DNA from: Bacillota bacterium
Lineage (GTDB): Bacteria > Bacillota > DTU025 > MWDF01
DNA: 64,000 bases
Reading direction: 5' to 3'
Assembly: GCA_029565935.1 (NCBI GenBank)
Contig: JAKQNF010000016.1
Coordinates: 21,889-85,888 of the forward strand
The notes under the pieces are model-generated. The model did not search any database. It saw only the letters and a list, made by a program, of their open reading frames with translations, and had not been told where the DNA came from. Shown here in pieces: positions 34,339 to 44,042 of this stretch (the first letter of the stretch is position 1; the number at the start of each line of letters is the position of its first letter). Position numbers and translations under genes: made by a program.

Positions 34339-36360
34339 ATGTATGACGGTATAGGTAAGTTCGGCTTGGACCTAAAGGGCAAGCTGCCGGGACCATGCGT
34401 CTTCGAGCGGGGCATAAGGAGGGCGCCGGACCGCGGCTACAGGCTCACCAGGGCGCAGACGGAAACGGCCCTTATGAACGCCCTGAGGTACGTGCCATCG
34501 CAATACCACGACGAGCTTGCCCCTGAATTCCTCGAGGAGCTTGTGAGCCGCGGCAGGATCTACGCATACAGGTTCAGGCCCTCCGGGAGGATATACGGAA
34601 GGCCTGTGGACGAGTACGAAGGGAAGTGCCTGGCGGGCAGGGCGTTCCAGGTGATGATAGACAACAACCTCGACTTCGACGTGGCCCTGTACCCGTATGA
34701 GCTGGTCACCTACGGCGAGACAGGCTCTGTCTGCCAGAACTGGCTGCAGTACCTACTAATAAAGAAATATCTGGAAGAGCTCACGGAGGACACGACCCTG
34801 GTCGTGGAGTCGGGGCACCCCCTCGGGCTGTTCCCGTCCAAGCCGGAAGCTCCAAGGGTGATAATCACGAACTCGCTCATGATAGGCATGTTCGACAACA
34901 TGCGCGACTGGGAGGTCGCAGAGCAGATGGGAGTCGCCAACTACGGCCAGATGACCGCGGGAGGCTGGATGTACATAGGCCCGCAGGGCATAGTGCACGG
35001 GACGTTCAATACGATCCTGAACGCCGGAAGGGCGAAGCTCGGGATCGCGGAGCACAAGGACCTCACCGGCCGGCTCTTCGTGTCGTCCGGCCTTGGCGGC
35101 ATGAGCGGCGCCCAGCCGAAGGCGGCGGAGATCGCGGGCGCAGTGGCGATCATCGCCGAAGTGGACGGATCGAGGATAAGCACCAGGCACTCACAAGGGT
35201 GGGTGAAGAAGGTCGTAGAAAGCCCCAGGGAGGCATTCGACCTGGCCGCGAAGCACATGGCCCGCAAGGAGCCCATGTCGGTCGCCTATCACGGCAACAT
35301 AGTGGACCTGCTCGATTACGCCGTCAAGGAAGGGCTGAGGATCGACCTGCTCTCAGACCAGACCTCATGCCATAACGCCTACGAGGGTGGGTATTGCCCC
35401 CAGGGGATAAGCTTCGACGAGAGGACGAGGCTCCTAAGCGAGGACAGGGCGAAGTTCAAGGAGCTGGTGGACAAGAGCCTGAGGAGGCACTACGAAGCCA
35501 TAAGGGAGCTCGTCGCCAGGGGGACGTACTTCTTCGATTATGGCAATTCCTTCCTGAAGGCGGTCTTCGACGCCGGGGTGATCGAGATATCCAAGAACGG
35601 GGTGGACGAGAAGGACGGCTTCATATTCCCGTCCTACGTCGAGGACATAATGGGTCCCCAGCTGTTCGATTATGGCTACGGGCCGTTCAGGTGGGTCTGC
35701 CTTACCGGCAGGGAAGAGGACCTCAGGAAGACGGACGAGGCGGCGATGGGCTGCATAGACCCCGACAGGAGGGGCCAGGACAGGGACAACTACATCTGGA
35801 TAAGGGACGCCGATAAGAACAGGCTTGTCGTCGGAACGAAGGCGAGGATCTTGTACCAGGACGCCGAGGGCAGGACGAGGATAGCCCTTAAGTTCAACGA
35901 CATGGTGAGGAAGGCGGAGACCGGCCCCATAATGCTCGGCCGGGACCACCACGATACGGGCGGTACGGATTCTCCCTTCAGGGAGACGTCCAACATCAAG
36001 GACGGCAGCAACGTGATGGCCGACATGGCGACGCAGTGCTTCGCCGGCAACGCCGCCAGGGGAATGAGCTTGGTGGCTTTGCACAACGGGGGCGGGGTGG
36101 GGATCGGCAAGGCCATAAACGGGGGGTTCGGGCTGGTGCTCGACGGTAGCCAGAGGGTGGACAGGATCATCGAATCGGCCATGATGTGGGACGTCATGGG
36201 AGGAGTCGCAAGGAGGGCCTGGGCGAGGAACCCGGCCTCCATAGAGACCTCGGCCGAGTACAACAGGAAACACGAAGGTAAAGGGCATATCACCATACCC
36301 TATGTGGCCGATGCTAACAAGGTCAAGGTCTTGGTGGCAGAAAGGCTGGATAGCAGATGA
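34339..36360 (+). CDS. hutU: urocanate hydratase (urocanase), long form with ~75-aa N-terminal extension
   Basis: Core motifs …TYGETGSVCQNWLQY…LVVESGHPLGLF…GGMSGAQP…; 673 aa, whereas typical bacterial HutU is ~555 aa. Confidence 0.88.
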   Translation: MYDGIGKFGLDLKGKLPGPCVFERGIRRAPDRGYRLTRAQTETALMNALRYVPSQYHDELAPEFLEELVSRGRIYAYRFRPSGRIYGRPVDEYEGKCLAGRAFQVMIDNNLDFDVALYPYELVTYGETGSVCQNWLQYLLIKKYLEELTEDTTLVVESGHPLGLFPSKPEAPRVIITNSLMIGMFDNMRDWEVAEQMGVANYGQMTAGGWMYIGPQGIVHGTFNTILNAGRAKLGIAEHKDLTGRLFVSSGLGGMSGAQPKAAEIAGAVAIIAEVDGSRISTRHSQGWVKKVVESPREAFDLAAKHMARKEPMSVAYHGNIVDLLDYAVKEGLRIDLLSDQTSCHNAYEGGYCPQGISFDERTRLLSEDRAKFKELVDKSLRRHYEAIRELVARGTYFFDYGNSFLKAVFDAGVIEISKNGVDEKDGFIFPSYVEDIMGPQLFDYGYGPFRWVCLTGREEDLRKTDEAAMGCIDPDRRGQDRDNYIWIRDADKNRLVVGTKARILYQDAEGRTRIALKFNDMVRKAETGPIMLGRDHHDTGGTDSPFRETSNIKDGSNVMADMATQCFAGNAARGMSLVALHNGGGVGIGKAINGGFGLVLDGSQRVDRIIESAMMWDVMGGVARRAWARNPASIETSAEYNRKHEGKGHITIPYVADANKVKVLVAERLDSR

Positions 36361-37733
36361 GCGGACACGGCGGGAAAGCCACGGCCCACGTGCACGGACC
36401 CGGCTGCGGCTGCGGACACGACGGGCATAGGATAGGAGACATCCATGAGACGGCAAAGCACGAGGGCAAGGAATTCGACCTTGTGATCGTCAACATAGGC
36501 ACGCTCGCGACGCCGAAGGGACGCACGGCAAGGGCCGGGGACGGCCAGGCCGAGATAAGCTTGACGAAGGATGCCTGGATCGGGGTGAAGGACGGCCTCA
36601 TCACCGAGGTCGGCGGCATGGCGGACGGCAGGGGCAACGCATCGGACCTTGCGACGGACGTGCTGGACGCGGGGGGGCTTCTAGTCACCCCCGGCCTCGT
36701 CGATTCCCACACGCACATGGTCTTCGGAGGCTGGAGGCACAAGGAGCTGGCCCTTAAGCTGAAGGGAGTACCCTACCTGGAGATCTTGAAGGGCGGCGGT
36801 GGCATACTAAGCACCGTGAGGTCCACAAGGGCGTCCTCCCTGGACGCGCTGGTGGAGAAGGGCCTTTGGATCCTTGACCAGATGCTCGAGCACGGCACAA
36901 CTACGGTGGAGGCGAAGAGCGGCTACGGGCTTACACTGGAAGACGAGATGAAACAGCTGGAAGCGCTGGCCATCATGGCGAAGGAACACCCCATAGACAT
37001 CGTTCCCACGCTCATGGGGGCGCACGCGGTGCCGGAGGAGTACTTCGACGATAAAGAGGGCTACATCAAGCTCATCTGCGAAAGGATGATACCGGAGGCC
37101 GCCGCGAGGGGCCTTGCTGCCTTCTGCGACGTGTTCTGCGAGAAGGGCGTCTTCAGCCCCGCAGAGACATCGCGCATCTGCGAATGCGCGAGGACGTACG
37201 GCCTAGGCGTAAAGATACACGCCGACGAGATCAACGATACCGGAGGGGCGCGCCTTGCGGCCGGGCTCGGAGCGATCACGGCCGAGCATCTGATCCATGC
37301 GGCTGATGACGGGTTGAGGGCCATGGCCGAGGCCGGGACAATCGCGGTGCTGCTCCCTTGCACCTCCTTCTATCTGGACGAGGACTACGCCCGGGCGAGA
37401 AGGATAATAGAGCTCGGTGCGCCGGTGGCTTTGGCCACGGACTTTAATCCCGGCTCCACCACGAACCTGAATCTTCAGATGGCCATGACCATCGCCCTTC
37501 TGAAGTACAGGATGAGGCCCGAGGAGGTGCTCACCGGCGTCACGCTGAACGGCGCCGCAGCCATGGGCCTTGCCGAAAGCCACGGGAGCATAGAGCCCGG
37601 GAAGGCCGCCGACCTGGTCATCTGGCAGGCGCCTGACCTCGACTATCTCCTTTACCGCTACGGGACGAACATGGTCGGGACGGTCGTTAAAGCAGGAATC
37701 GTACACGGTGCCGGGCAGGGGCATTCCCACTGA
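36357..37733 (+). CDS. hutI: imidazolonepropionase with a His/Cys-rich N-terminal extension
   Basis: Amidohydrolase motifs (DSHTHMVFGGW, KIHADE, DFNPGS). The canonical N-terminus begins near FDLVIVNIG. The first 37 aa MSGHGGKATAHVHGPGCGCGHDGHRIGDIHETAKHEGKE are an add-on. ATGA overlap with hutU. Confidence 0.85.
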   Translation: MSGHGGKATAHVHGPGCGCGHDGHRIGDIHETAKHEGKEFDLVIVNIGTLATPKGRTARAGDGQAEISLTKDAWIGVKDGLITEVGGMADGRGNASDLATDVLDAGGLLVTPGLVDSHTHMVFGGWRHKELALKLKGVPYLEILKGGGGILSTVRSTRASSLDALVEKGLWILDQMLEHGTTTVEAKSGYGLTLEDEMKQLEALAIMAKEHPIDIVPTLMGAHAVPEEYFDDKEGYIKLICERMIPEAAARGLAAFCDVFCEKGVFSPAETSRICECARTYGLGVKIHADEINDTGGARLAAGLGAITAEHLIHAADDGLRAMAEAGTIAVLLPCTSFYLDEDYARARRIIELGAPVALATDFNPGSTTNLNLQMAMTIALLKYRMRPEEVLTGVTLNGAAAMGLAESHGSIEPGKAADLVIWQAPDLDYLLYRYGTNMVGTVVKAGIVHGAGQGHSH

Positions 37734-37751
37734 AAATTTGGAGGTTACCAA

Positions 37752-38324
37752 GTGAAGAAACTGGTTGAGCTGAGCGTCGAGGATTTCCTGGAAGCATTGT
37801 CATCGGACTGTCCCACGCCGGGAGGCGGCAGCGTGGCGGCCTTGGAGGGCGCGTTCGCCTCGTCCCTTGTAGAGATGGTGGCAAGGCTGACCATCGGGAA
37901 GGAGAAGTACAAGGAGCACGAAGAGCTCATGAGATCCGCCCTGGAGGAAGCATACAGGCTCAGGGCCGAGCTTACCGACCTTATAGACATGGACAAGGAA
38001 GCTTACGACAACGTCACTTCGGCGTACAAGCTGCCCAAAGGCACGCCCGAGGAGAAAGCCGAGAGGTCCTCTGCCATACAGCACGCCCTCAAGATGGCTA
38101 CGAACATACCCCTGGAGACCATGCAGAAGGCCTCTCGTTGCCTTGATCTCATCGGGAGGATCAAAGGCAAGGTGAACGTGAACTGCGCAAGCGACCTAGA
38201 GGTGGCCGAGCTGAGCGCCAGCGCCTCCATGAAAGGGGCATGGCAGAACGTGATGATAAACCTCGAGGGCGTCAAGGACGAGGATTTCGTGGAGAAGACC
38301 AGGCGCTTGTGCGCCGTCAGGTAG
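37752..38324 (+). CDS. formiminotetrahydrofolate cyclodeaminase domain protein (FtcD C-domain / FchA-like)
   Basis: 190 aa, all-alpha: LSVEDFLEALSSDCPTPGGGSVAALEGAFASSLVEMV… matches the cyclodeaminase/cyclohydrolase family. No transferase domain is attached. Confidence 0.75.
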   Translation: MKKLVELSVEDFLEALSSDCPTPGGGSVAALEGAFASSLVEMVARLTIGKEKYKEHEELMRSALEEAYRLRAELTDLIDMDKEAYDNVTSAYKLPKGTPEEKAERSSAIQHALKMATNIPLETMQKASRCLDLIGRIKGKVNVNCASDLEVAELSASASMKGAWQNVMINLEGVKDEDFVEKTRRLCAVR

Positions 38325-38376
38325 ATACCGAACATTCCAAACGATCCTCCCGCCATGAGCCGCATATACGGCATTA

Positions 38377-38415
38377 ACTGCCTGCGCACCAAGGAAGCGC
38401 AGGCAGTTTCTTCTC
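38377..38415 (+). terminator. Rho-independent terminator of the hut operon
   Basis: ACTGCCTGCGC-accaaggaa-GCGCAGGCAGT followed by TTTCTTCTCTG. Confidence 0.7.
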
Positions 38416-38482
38416 TGTATACCTATAGACACATCTGGATTCATAGATTGACAGCGACTGGAAGGCGAAGATATAGTATAAG

Positions 38483-38515
38483 TGATATATCATTGATACA
38501 CCATCGGTATATCTA
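38483..38515. promoter_or_regulatory. candidate GntR-family operator: palindromes TGATATATCA and TGATAC-N7-GTATAT upstream of the regulator gene
   Basis: Perfect 10-bp palindrome and an adjacent GT..AC-type inverted repeat 30-60 bp upstream of the start at 38545. Confidence 0.35.
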
Positions 38516-38544
38516 CTTATCCAGACCGGAAAGCGAGGTTCGGC

Positions 38545-39180
38545 ATGGAATACGGCTCGCTTAGCGAAAAGGCGTACAACCTTATAAAGGACAGGATACT
38601 CACCTTCGAGAAGGGCCAGTACATAAGCATGAGGGAGATGTCTTCCCAGCTGGGCATAAGCTACACACCGGTGCGTGAGGCGTTCTTGAAGCTCAAGAGC
38701 GAGGGTTTGCTGGACCTTGAGCCGAACGTAGGGTATTTCGTCCCCAAGCTGGACATAAAGGACCTGATGCAGATATACGAGGCGAGGGAGTGCATGGAGA
38801 GGTTCGTCTTCGAGAAGGCGTTCGATTTCCTCACAAAGGAAGATATCGACGCCCTCAAGGAAAGCGTCCGCAAGCAGGCTTTGCACCTTTCGGATCGTGA
38901 CATAAAGGAGTACTTGAAGGAAGACGAGCGCTACCACATGGTCTTCTTCAAGGCGGCGAACAATCCCTACCTTACGGACCTGGTCAGGTCCATCCGTGCC
39001 AAATACCTGGTCTGCTCCAAGAGGATCAGGCACGGTAGCGACGTAGCGCTCGAAGAGCACATCAAGATCATAGAACTCATCGAAAAGGGCGAGAAACTAG
39101 AAGCGGCGGAGCTCATGCAGCATCACGTCACCCAGGCAAAGCTGCGCATGATGGAAGGGTACATCGCCTACAACGGATGA
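38545..39180 (+). CDS. GntR-family transcriptional regulator (FadR/FCD-type C-domain)
   Basis: N-terminal winged HTH …YISMREMSSQLGISYTPVREAFLKLKSEGLL…; 211 aa with a helical C-terminal domain. Confidence 0.8.
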   Translation: MEYGSLSEKAYNLIKDRILTFEKGQYISMREMSSQLGISYTPVREAFLKLKSEGLLDLEPNVGYFVPKLDIKDLMQIYEARECMERFVFEKAFDFLTKEDIDALKESVRKQALHLSDRDIKEYLKEDERYHMVFFKAANNPYLTDLVRSIRAKYLVCSKRIRHGSDVALEEHIKIIELIEKGEKLEAAELMQHHVTQAKLRMMEGYIAYNG

Positions 39181-39386
39181 TCGGCCTTCCGCCGAGCATG
39201 CGGCGGACGATACGGCCGGTCGGACACTACGAACAACAGAAGAACGGTCCAGCGCAATGATATGTCCGGGACAAGGCCACCGGCTTGCACTAACGATGCG
39301 GGACATAGCGGAATCACTGCTAACAGCCCTTGTTTAGTTCGCTACTCATGCCATTTGAGTAAGGCAACGAAAGGGGATCCAGGCAT

Positions 39387-40058
39387 ATGATTCACGTACG
39401 TACCAGGATCGAAAGGCCCAAGGACGGTATAGTCTCGTCATTTTATAGCATCCCTTCAGCCACCATACATGAAGCGGGGGGCCGGATAGGCTTCATAGAC
39501 CCCGCGATAAAACCCATTAGCAAGGGAATGAAGATATGCGGCCCCGCCTTCACGGTGCAATGCGCGCCGGGGGACAACCTCATGCTGCACAAGGCGCTGG
39601 AGAAGGCCCTGCCCGGAGACGTCATCGTCGCCTCCGTGGGAGGAGGGTACGAGTACGGCTACTTCGGCGGCCTGATGGCGGTCTCGGCGATGTCCAGGAA
39701 GGTGGCCGGCCTTGCCATAGACGGTTGCATAAGGGATTCGCAGGAGATAATCCGGATGGGTTTCAGCATCTTCAGCAGGGGGACGGCGATCAGGGGCACG
39801 GTCAAGGGCACGTTGGGGCTGGTCAACTATCCGATCGTGTTCGGCGGACTCATGGTCAATCCCGGGGACCTGATAGTCGGCGACGACGACGGCCTGGTCG
39901 CAGTCCCGCTGGCCGATGTGGAGGACGTGCTGGAAAGGTCGATCAAACGCACGGAGAACGAGATCCAGAAGGCCAAGGTTTTGGCGACCGGCGTGTCGAG
40001 CGTGTCGTACAACAAGCTGGACGCCGTCTTTGAGGCGCTGGGCCTGGTGGAGGAATAG
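39387..40058 (+). CDS. RraA-family protein (RNase E regulator A / 4-hydroxy-4-methyl-2-oxoglutarate aldolase / oxaloacetate decarboxylase fold)
   Basis: 223 aa with the family motifs GDVIVAS…GGYFGGLMA…GLAIDGCIRD. Confidence 0.7.
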   Translation: MIHVRTRIERPKDGIVSSFYSIPSATIHEAGGRIGFIDPAIKPISKGMKICGPAFTVQCAPGDNLMLHKALEKALPGDVIVASVGGGYEYGYFGGLMAVSAMSRKVAGLAIDGCIRDSQEIIRMGFSIFSRGTAIRGTVKGTLGLVNYPIVFGGLMVNPGDLIVGDDDGLVAVPLADVEDVLERSIKRTENEIQKAKVLATGVSSVSYNKLDAVFEALGLVEE

Positions 40059-40061
40059 AGC

Positions 40062-41111
40062 ATGAAGATAGATTCCCTTAAGCTCGGCAAAGCTGCCGCG
40101 GCGATCCTGGTGGGCCTGGGAGAGGATCCCCAAGATGCGCTCAAGGCCGCCGAATGCCTCGTCTACGCTGACATGACCGGCGTATCCACGCACGGCACCT
40201 ACCTGTTGAAGCCGATATACGAAAGGGCGAAGGCCGGGATGCTTAGGCTTCCGACGGAAGCGAAGCTGATCTCCGATTCTAAAGCAACCGCGACCATCGA
40301 CGGCAACAACGGCCTAGGGCCGGTCGCCGCGACGATGGCCATGGAAACGGCCATGAAGAAGGCCGGCGAATTCGGCATGGGCATGGCACTGGCGAAGAAC
40401 ACCAACAACGTAGGCTGCCTCGGCTACTACACGGGGCTGGTCGCCAGGGCGGGCATGATAGGAATCATGGCCTGCAACGCCAACGCCTCGATGGCGCCGT
40501 GGGGAGGGGCCCAGGCCTATTTCGGCACAAATCCGATATCCATCTCGGTGCCAACAAAGAAGGGCCATCCTATCGTGCTGGACATGGCCTCAAGCATCGT
40601 GGCCAGGGGCAAGATAAGGAAGGCGTCGCGCGAGAAGGGCAAGATCCCCGAAGGCTGGGCCCTCGACAAGGAGGGCAGGCCTACCACCGATCCTGACGAG
40701 GCCCTGGAAGGTACGCTCCTGCCCATCGGCGGTCCTAAAGGATCGGGACTTGCGATGGTAGTGGACCTGGTAGCGGGGATGCTCTCGGGGGCCAGCTACG
40801 GTCCGTCGGTGAGAAGCTTCCACAGCCTGGAGGGTCCCACGGGCGTCGGGGCCGCCTTCATTGCGATCGATCCGGCCAGGTTCATGGGACTGGATGAGTA
40901 CAGGGGCCTTGTGGGCGCATACATAGACGACATGAAAAAGACAAGGAAAGCCACAGGACATCCCTCGATCCTCTCGCCTGGGGAGATCGAGGCGATGAGG
41001 TGGGAGAACGCACGGGCCGCAGGGGTGGAGCTGGACGACGCAGCGGTGTCGACCCTGAACGAGCTCCTCGGCAAGGTCGGCTCGGGCATGGTACTCGGAG
41101 GCTTGGGATAA
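40062..41111 (+). CDS. Ldh_2-family (malate/L-lactate dehydrogenase-like type 2) NAD(P)H oxidoreductase
   Basis: 349 aa; family signature …HGTYLLKPIYERAKAG…DGNNGLGPVAA…NTNNVGCLGYY…; stop overlaps the next start (TAATG). Confidence 0.75.
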   Translation: MKIDSLKLGKAAAAILVGLGEDPQDALKAAECLVYADMTGVSTHGTYLLKPIYERAKAGMLRLPTEAKLISDSKATATIDGNNGLGPVAATMAMETAMKKAGEFGMGMALAKNTNNVGCLGYYTGLVARAGMIGIMACNANASMAPWGGAQAYFGTNPISISVPTKKGHPIVLDMASSIVARGKIRKASREKGKIPEGWALDKEGRPTTDPDEALEGTLLPIGGPKGSGLAMVVDLVAGMLSGASYGPSVRSFHSLEGPTGVGAAFIAIDPARFMGLDEYRGLVGAYIDDMKKTRKATGHPSILSPGEIEAMRWENARAAGVELDDAAVSTLNELLGKVGSGMVLGGLG

Positions 41112-42841
41112 TGGACTGGATCATCAGGGTAGATACGAGGACTGGGAATATAAGGAAGGATAGGGCCACTCCGGAGGAACTGGGCTGGGGCGGCAGGCTC
41201 CTCGTGGCCAAGGTGTTGCTGAGGGAAGTGCCGCCCGTGTGCGAACCTCTCGGCAGGCACAACAAGCTCCTTTTCGCCTGCGGACTTCTCGCCGATGCGC
41301 CCATAACGACGACGGGCCAGCTGTCGGTGGGAGGCAAGAGCCCACTTACGGGAGGGGTCAAGGAGAGCAATGTGGGGGGCTTCGCCGGCAAAAGGCTGGC
41401 CAGGCTCGGCATAAGGGCTCTGATTCTAGAGGATGCGCCCGTTTTGCCGTCATTAAGGGTGCTCTTTGTCGGTGCCGACAGGGTGGAGCTCATAGATGCG
41501 CCCGAGTTGAAGGGCCTCTGGGTGGGTGACACCTTCAGGACGCTAAGGAGCAGGTACGGCAAGGACGTAGGGCTGATGGCGATCGGGCCCGCCGGCGAGA
41601 TGCTCATGTACGGAGCGGGGGTGGCGGTGTCCGACGACGAGGACACCCAGGTGAGGTATGCGGCGAGGGGCGGCCTGGGCGCTTTGATGGGTTCGAAGGG
41701 CATCAAGGCGGTGGTCGTGGACGACAAGGATGCCAAGCAGCCTGTGTTCGCGGACAAGGAGCTTCTGATGAAGGGGGCCAGGGCACTCGTGGAGGGCCTG
41801 ATGTCGGATCCGAAGACCGAAAACAGGCACATATACGGTACCCCGGCGATACTCGACCTGGCAAACAGGTCGGGCCTGCTGCCGACGAGGAACTTCAGCT
41901 CGGGATCCTTCGAGCGCGCCGACATGATCAACGGCGAGTATGTGAGGGGGACCATAGCGAAAAGAGGGGGCGAGGGAAGGTCCGGCACGGGGTGCGTGGC
42001 AGGCTGCGCCATAAGGTGCAGCAACATCTGGCCGGACAGGACCGGGAAGAAGATAGTGGCCTCCGTACAATACGAGAACATAGCTCTTCTAGGGTCCAAT
42101 TGCGGGATCGGCGACATGGATCGCATCGCCGAGATGAACGACCTCTGTAACCAGGTCGGGGTCGATGCGATAGAGACGGGGGCCGCGATAGCTGTCGCCA
42201 TGGAAGCAGGTGTAATAGGCTTCGGCGACGCCGAGGGTGCGAAGGGCCTCATAAGACAGATAGGCGAGGGCACCTACCTCGGCCGTATCCTCGGCAACGG
42301 GGTTGTCGTGACGGGAAGGCTCCTTGGGATCCGCCGCGTGCCGGCAGTGAAAGGCCAGGCCATACCCGGATACGACCCAAGGGCCTTGAAGGGCAACGGC
42401 GTCACGTACGTCACTTCTCCGATGGGCGCTGACCATACCGCCGGCAACGCCTTCGAGACCTTGAACACGATAAACCCGACGGGCAAGGAAAGACAGGTGG
42501 AATCCTCGCGCATGCTGCAAGTAAGGGCCGCGATGCTGGATTCGCTGGGCCTTTGCCTGTTCACGAGGCCGCCGATAAGGAAGAACCCCAAGATGCTGCT
42601 GGACATGCTGAAGGGCAGGTACGGAAGGGATTATTCGATAGGAGACGCGAGGAGGATCGGAGAGGACTGTCTCGACGCGGAAAGGGAGTTCAACAAGAGG
42701 GCGGGAGTGGACGAGACGGTGCGCCCCATGCCCGAGTTCATGCAGGAAGAGGCTCTTCCCCCCACCGGCGCCGTGTTCGACATACCCATGGAGGAGATGG
42801 CCAAGGTTTGGGACGTGAAGCTCGGCGAGGACGACATATAG
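41111..42841 (+). CDS. aldehyde:ferredoxin oxidoreductase (tungstopterin AOR family)
   Basis: Start at MDWIIRVDTRTGNIRKD… (the AOR N-terminal domain). Motifs …GGLGALMGSKGIKAVVVD…CAGCAIRC… (4Fe-4S/pterin region). 576 aa. Confidence 0.85.
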   Translation: MDWIIRVDTRTGNIRKDRATPEELGWGGRLLVAKVLLREVPPVCEPLGRHNKLLFACGLLADAPITTTGQLSVGGKSPLTGGVKESNVGGFAGKRLARLGIRALILEDAPVLPSLRVLFVGADRVELIDAPELKGLWVGDTFRTLRSRYGKDVGLMAIGPAGEMLMYGAGVAVSDDEDTQVRYAARGGLGALMGSKGIKAVVVDDKDAKQPVFADKELLMKGARALVEGLMSDPKTENRHIYGTPAILDLANRSGLLPTRNFSSGSFERADMINGEYVRGTIAKRGGEGRSGTGCVAGCAIRCSNIWPDRTGKKIVASVQYENIALLGSNCGIGDMDRIAEMNDLCNQVGVDAIETGAAIAVAMEAGVIGFGDAEGAKGLIRQIGEGTYLGRILGNGVVVTGRLLGIRRVPAVKGQAIPGYDPRALKGNGVTYVTSPMGADHTAGNAFETLNTINPTGKERQVESSRMLQVRAAMLDSLGLCLFTRPPIRKNPKMLLDMLKGRYGRDYSIGDARRIGEDCLDAEREFNKRAGVDETVRPMPEFMQEEALPPTGAVFDIPMEEMAKVWDVKLGEDDI

Positions 42842-42880
42842 GCGCGTGCTGAACGACTATCCGGGAAGGGCGGTGGATCG

Positions 42881-43630
42881 ATGGAGCTAAAAGACAAGGT
42901 CGTAATAGTAACAGGTTCTGCGAAAGGGCTCGGCAAGGCGATTGCGGAGAAGTGCTTCGCCGAAGGGGCGAAGCTCGCCCTATGGGACATCGCCGTCGAT
43001 GGTGTACGCGAAGTGGCGATGGGTCTAGACAAGACCGGCAAGAGGGCGAGGGGATACGAGGCGGAGATCACAGACGAGAAATCGGTCGAAAGGGCGATGC
43101 AAAGTACCATCGATGATTTCGGCAGGGTGGATGTGCTCGTGAACAATGCGGGGGTATCGCAGCACAAACCGATAGACCAGATGACTCTCGAGATCTTCGA
43201 ACGGGTCATGAAAGTGAACGTGACAGGCACATTCCTGTGCTGCAGGGCTGCAGCTGCCGTGATGAAGGGGCAGAAGTACGGCAAGATCGTGAACATATCC
43301 TCGCTAGGGGCGAGGACCGGAAGGCCCGGGGTGGGCATCAACTACGCCGCATCGAAGGCCGCGGTGATCGGCATAACCCAGACCCTGGCCCGTGAGCTGG
43401 GGCCGAGCGGCATCTACGTCAACTGCATCTGTCCGGGACCGATACTAACCGAGCAGACGAAGCAGTATCCGCCGGAAGTGTTCGCGACGTGGAACGCCGG
43501 AAGGGCGATCATCAAGGACGGGCTCCCCGAAGATGTGGCGGATGCCGTGGTATTCCTTGCATCCGCAAGGTCGGCATGGGTGACGGGCATCACGCTCGAC
43601 GTGAACGGGGGCATCCTCATAAGAGGGTAG
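42881..43630 (+). CDS. SDR-family oxidoreductase (FabG-like)
   Basis: TGSAKGLGKAIA Rossmann motif, NNAG, and the YAASKAAV catalytic Tyr/Lys. Confidence 0.8.
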   Translation: MELKDKVVIVTGSAKGLGKAIAEKCFAEGAKLALWDIAVDGVREVAMGLDKTGKRARGYEAEITDEKSVERAMQSTIDDFGRVDVLVNNAGVSQHKPIDQMTLEIFERVMKVNVTGTFLCCRAAAAVMKGQKYGKIVNISSLGARTGRPGVGINYAASKAAVIGITQTLARELGPSGIYVNCICPGPILTEQTKQYPPEVFATWNAGRAIIKDGLPEDVADAVVFLASARSAWVTGITLDVNGGILIRG

Positions 43631-43663
43631 GCGAAGCACAAATCGGCGTATAGGAGGCGGAAA

Positions 43664-44023
43664 ATGAGCGGCCTGAGAGTAGTCGACATAAAGGACGTGG
43701 AGGGCATACTTAGAGACCCTCCGAGGAAGTCCTGGATCCTAATCTCCGAGAAGACCGTAGGGGCCAAGAACCTGGCGATGGGCGTGAACGAGACTTACCC
43801 TGGCGGCATGGTCCCCGACCACAAGCACGACCTCGAGGAGGAAGTGATGTACTTCATCTCCGGGAAGGGCAAGTTCATCACCCGGGACAGGGAGATAGAC
43901 CTCCATGAGGGGATCTGCATATACAATCCCCCCGGCGAGGTGCACAGGATAGTCAACACCGGCGATGAGGTGCTCAAGTTCGTTTGGATATACTCGCCCC
44001 AGCTGGAAAGCCACAGGAAGTAA
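43664..44023 (+). CDS. cupin-domain protein
   Basis: 119 aa; cupin motifs …PDHKHDLEEEVMYFISGKG… and …PPGEVHRIVNTG…. Confidence 0.6.
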   Translation: MSGLRVVDIKDVEGILRDPPRKSWILISEKTVGAKNLAMGVNETYPGGMVPDHKHDLEEEVMYFISGKGKFITRDREIDLHEGICIYNPPGEVHRIVNTGDEVLKFVWIYSPQLESHRK

Positions 44024-44042
44024 TGTCTGTGAGGTGAAACTT

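Noticed and set aside
36357-36470. Treating the HutI N-terminal His-rich segment as untranslated leader with an internal GTG start
   Set aside because: The internal GTG (in DLVIV) has only a distant GAGG 17 nt upstream, whereas the ATG at 36357 is translationally coupled (ATGA) to hutU. Kept as a real extension but flagged for verification.
39456-42273. Large antisense ORFs inside GC-rich genes (e.g. 39456-40193, 40882-42273, 33345-34016, 1643-2350, 4639-5721, 15408-16241, 63500-63919)
   Set aside because: High-GC third-position bias generates long stop-free antisense frames. All are fully contained in well-supported genes on the other strand and have low-complexity Arg/Pro/Gly-rich translations.
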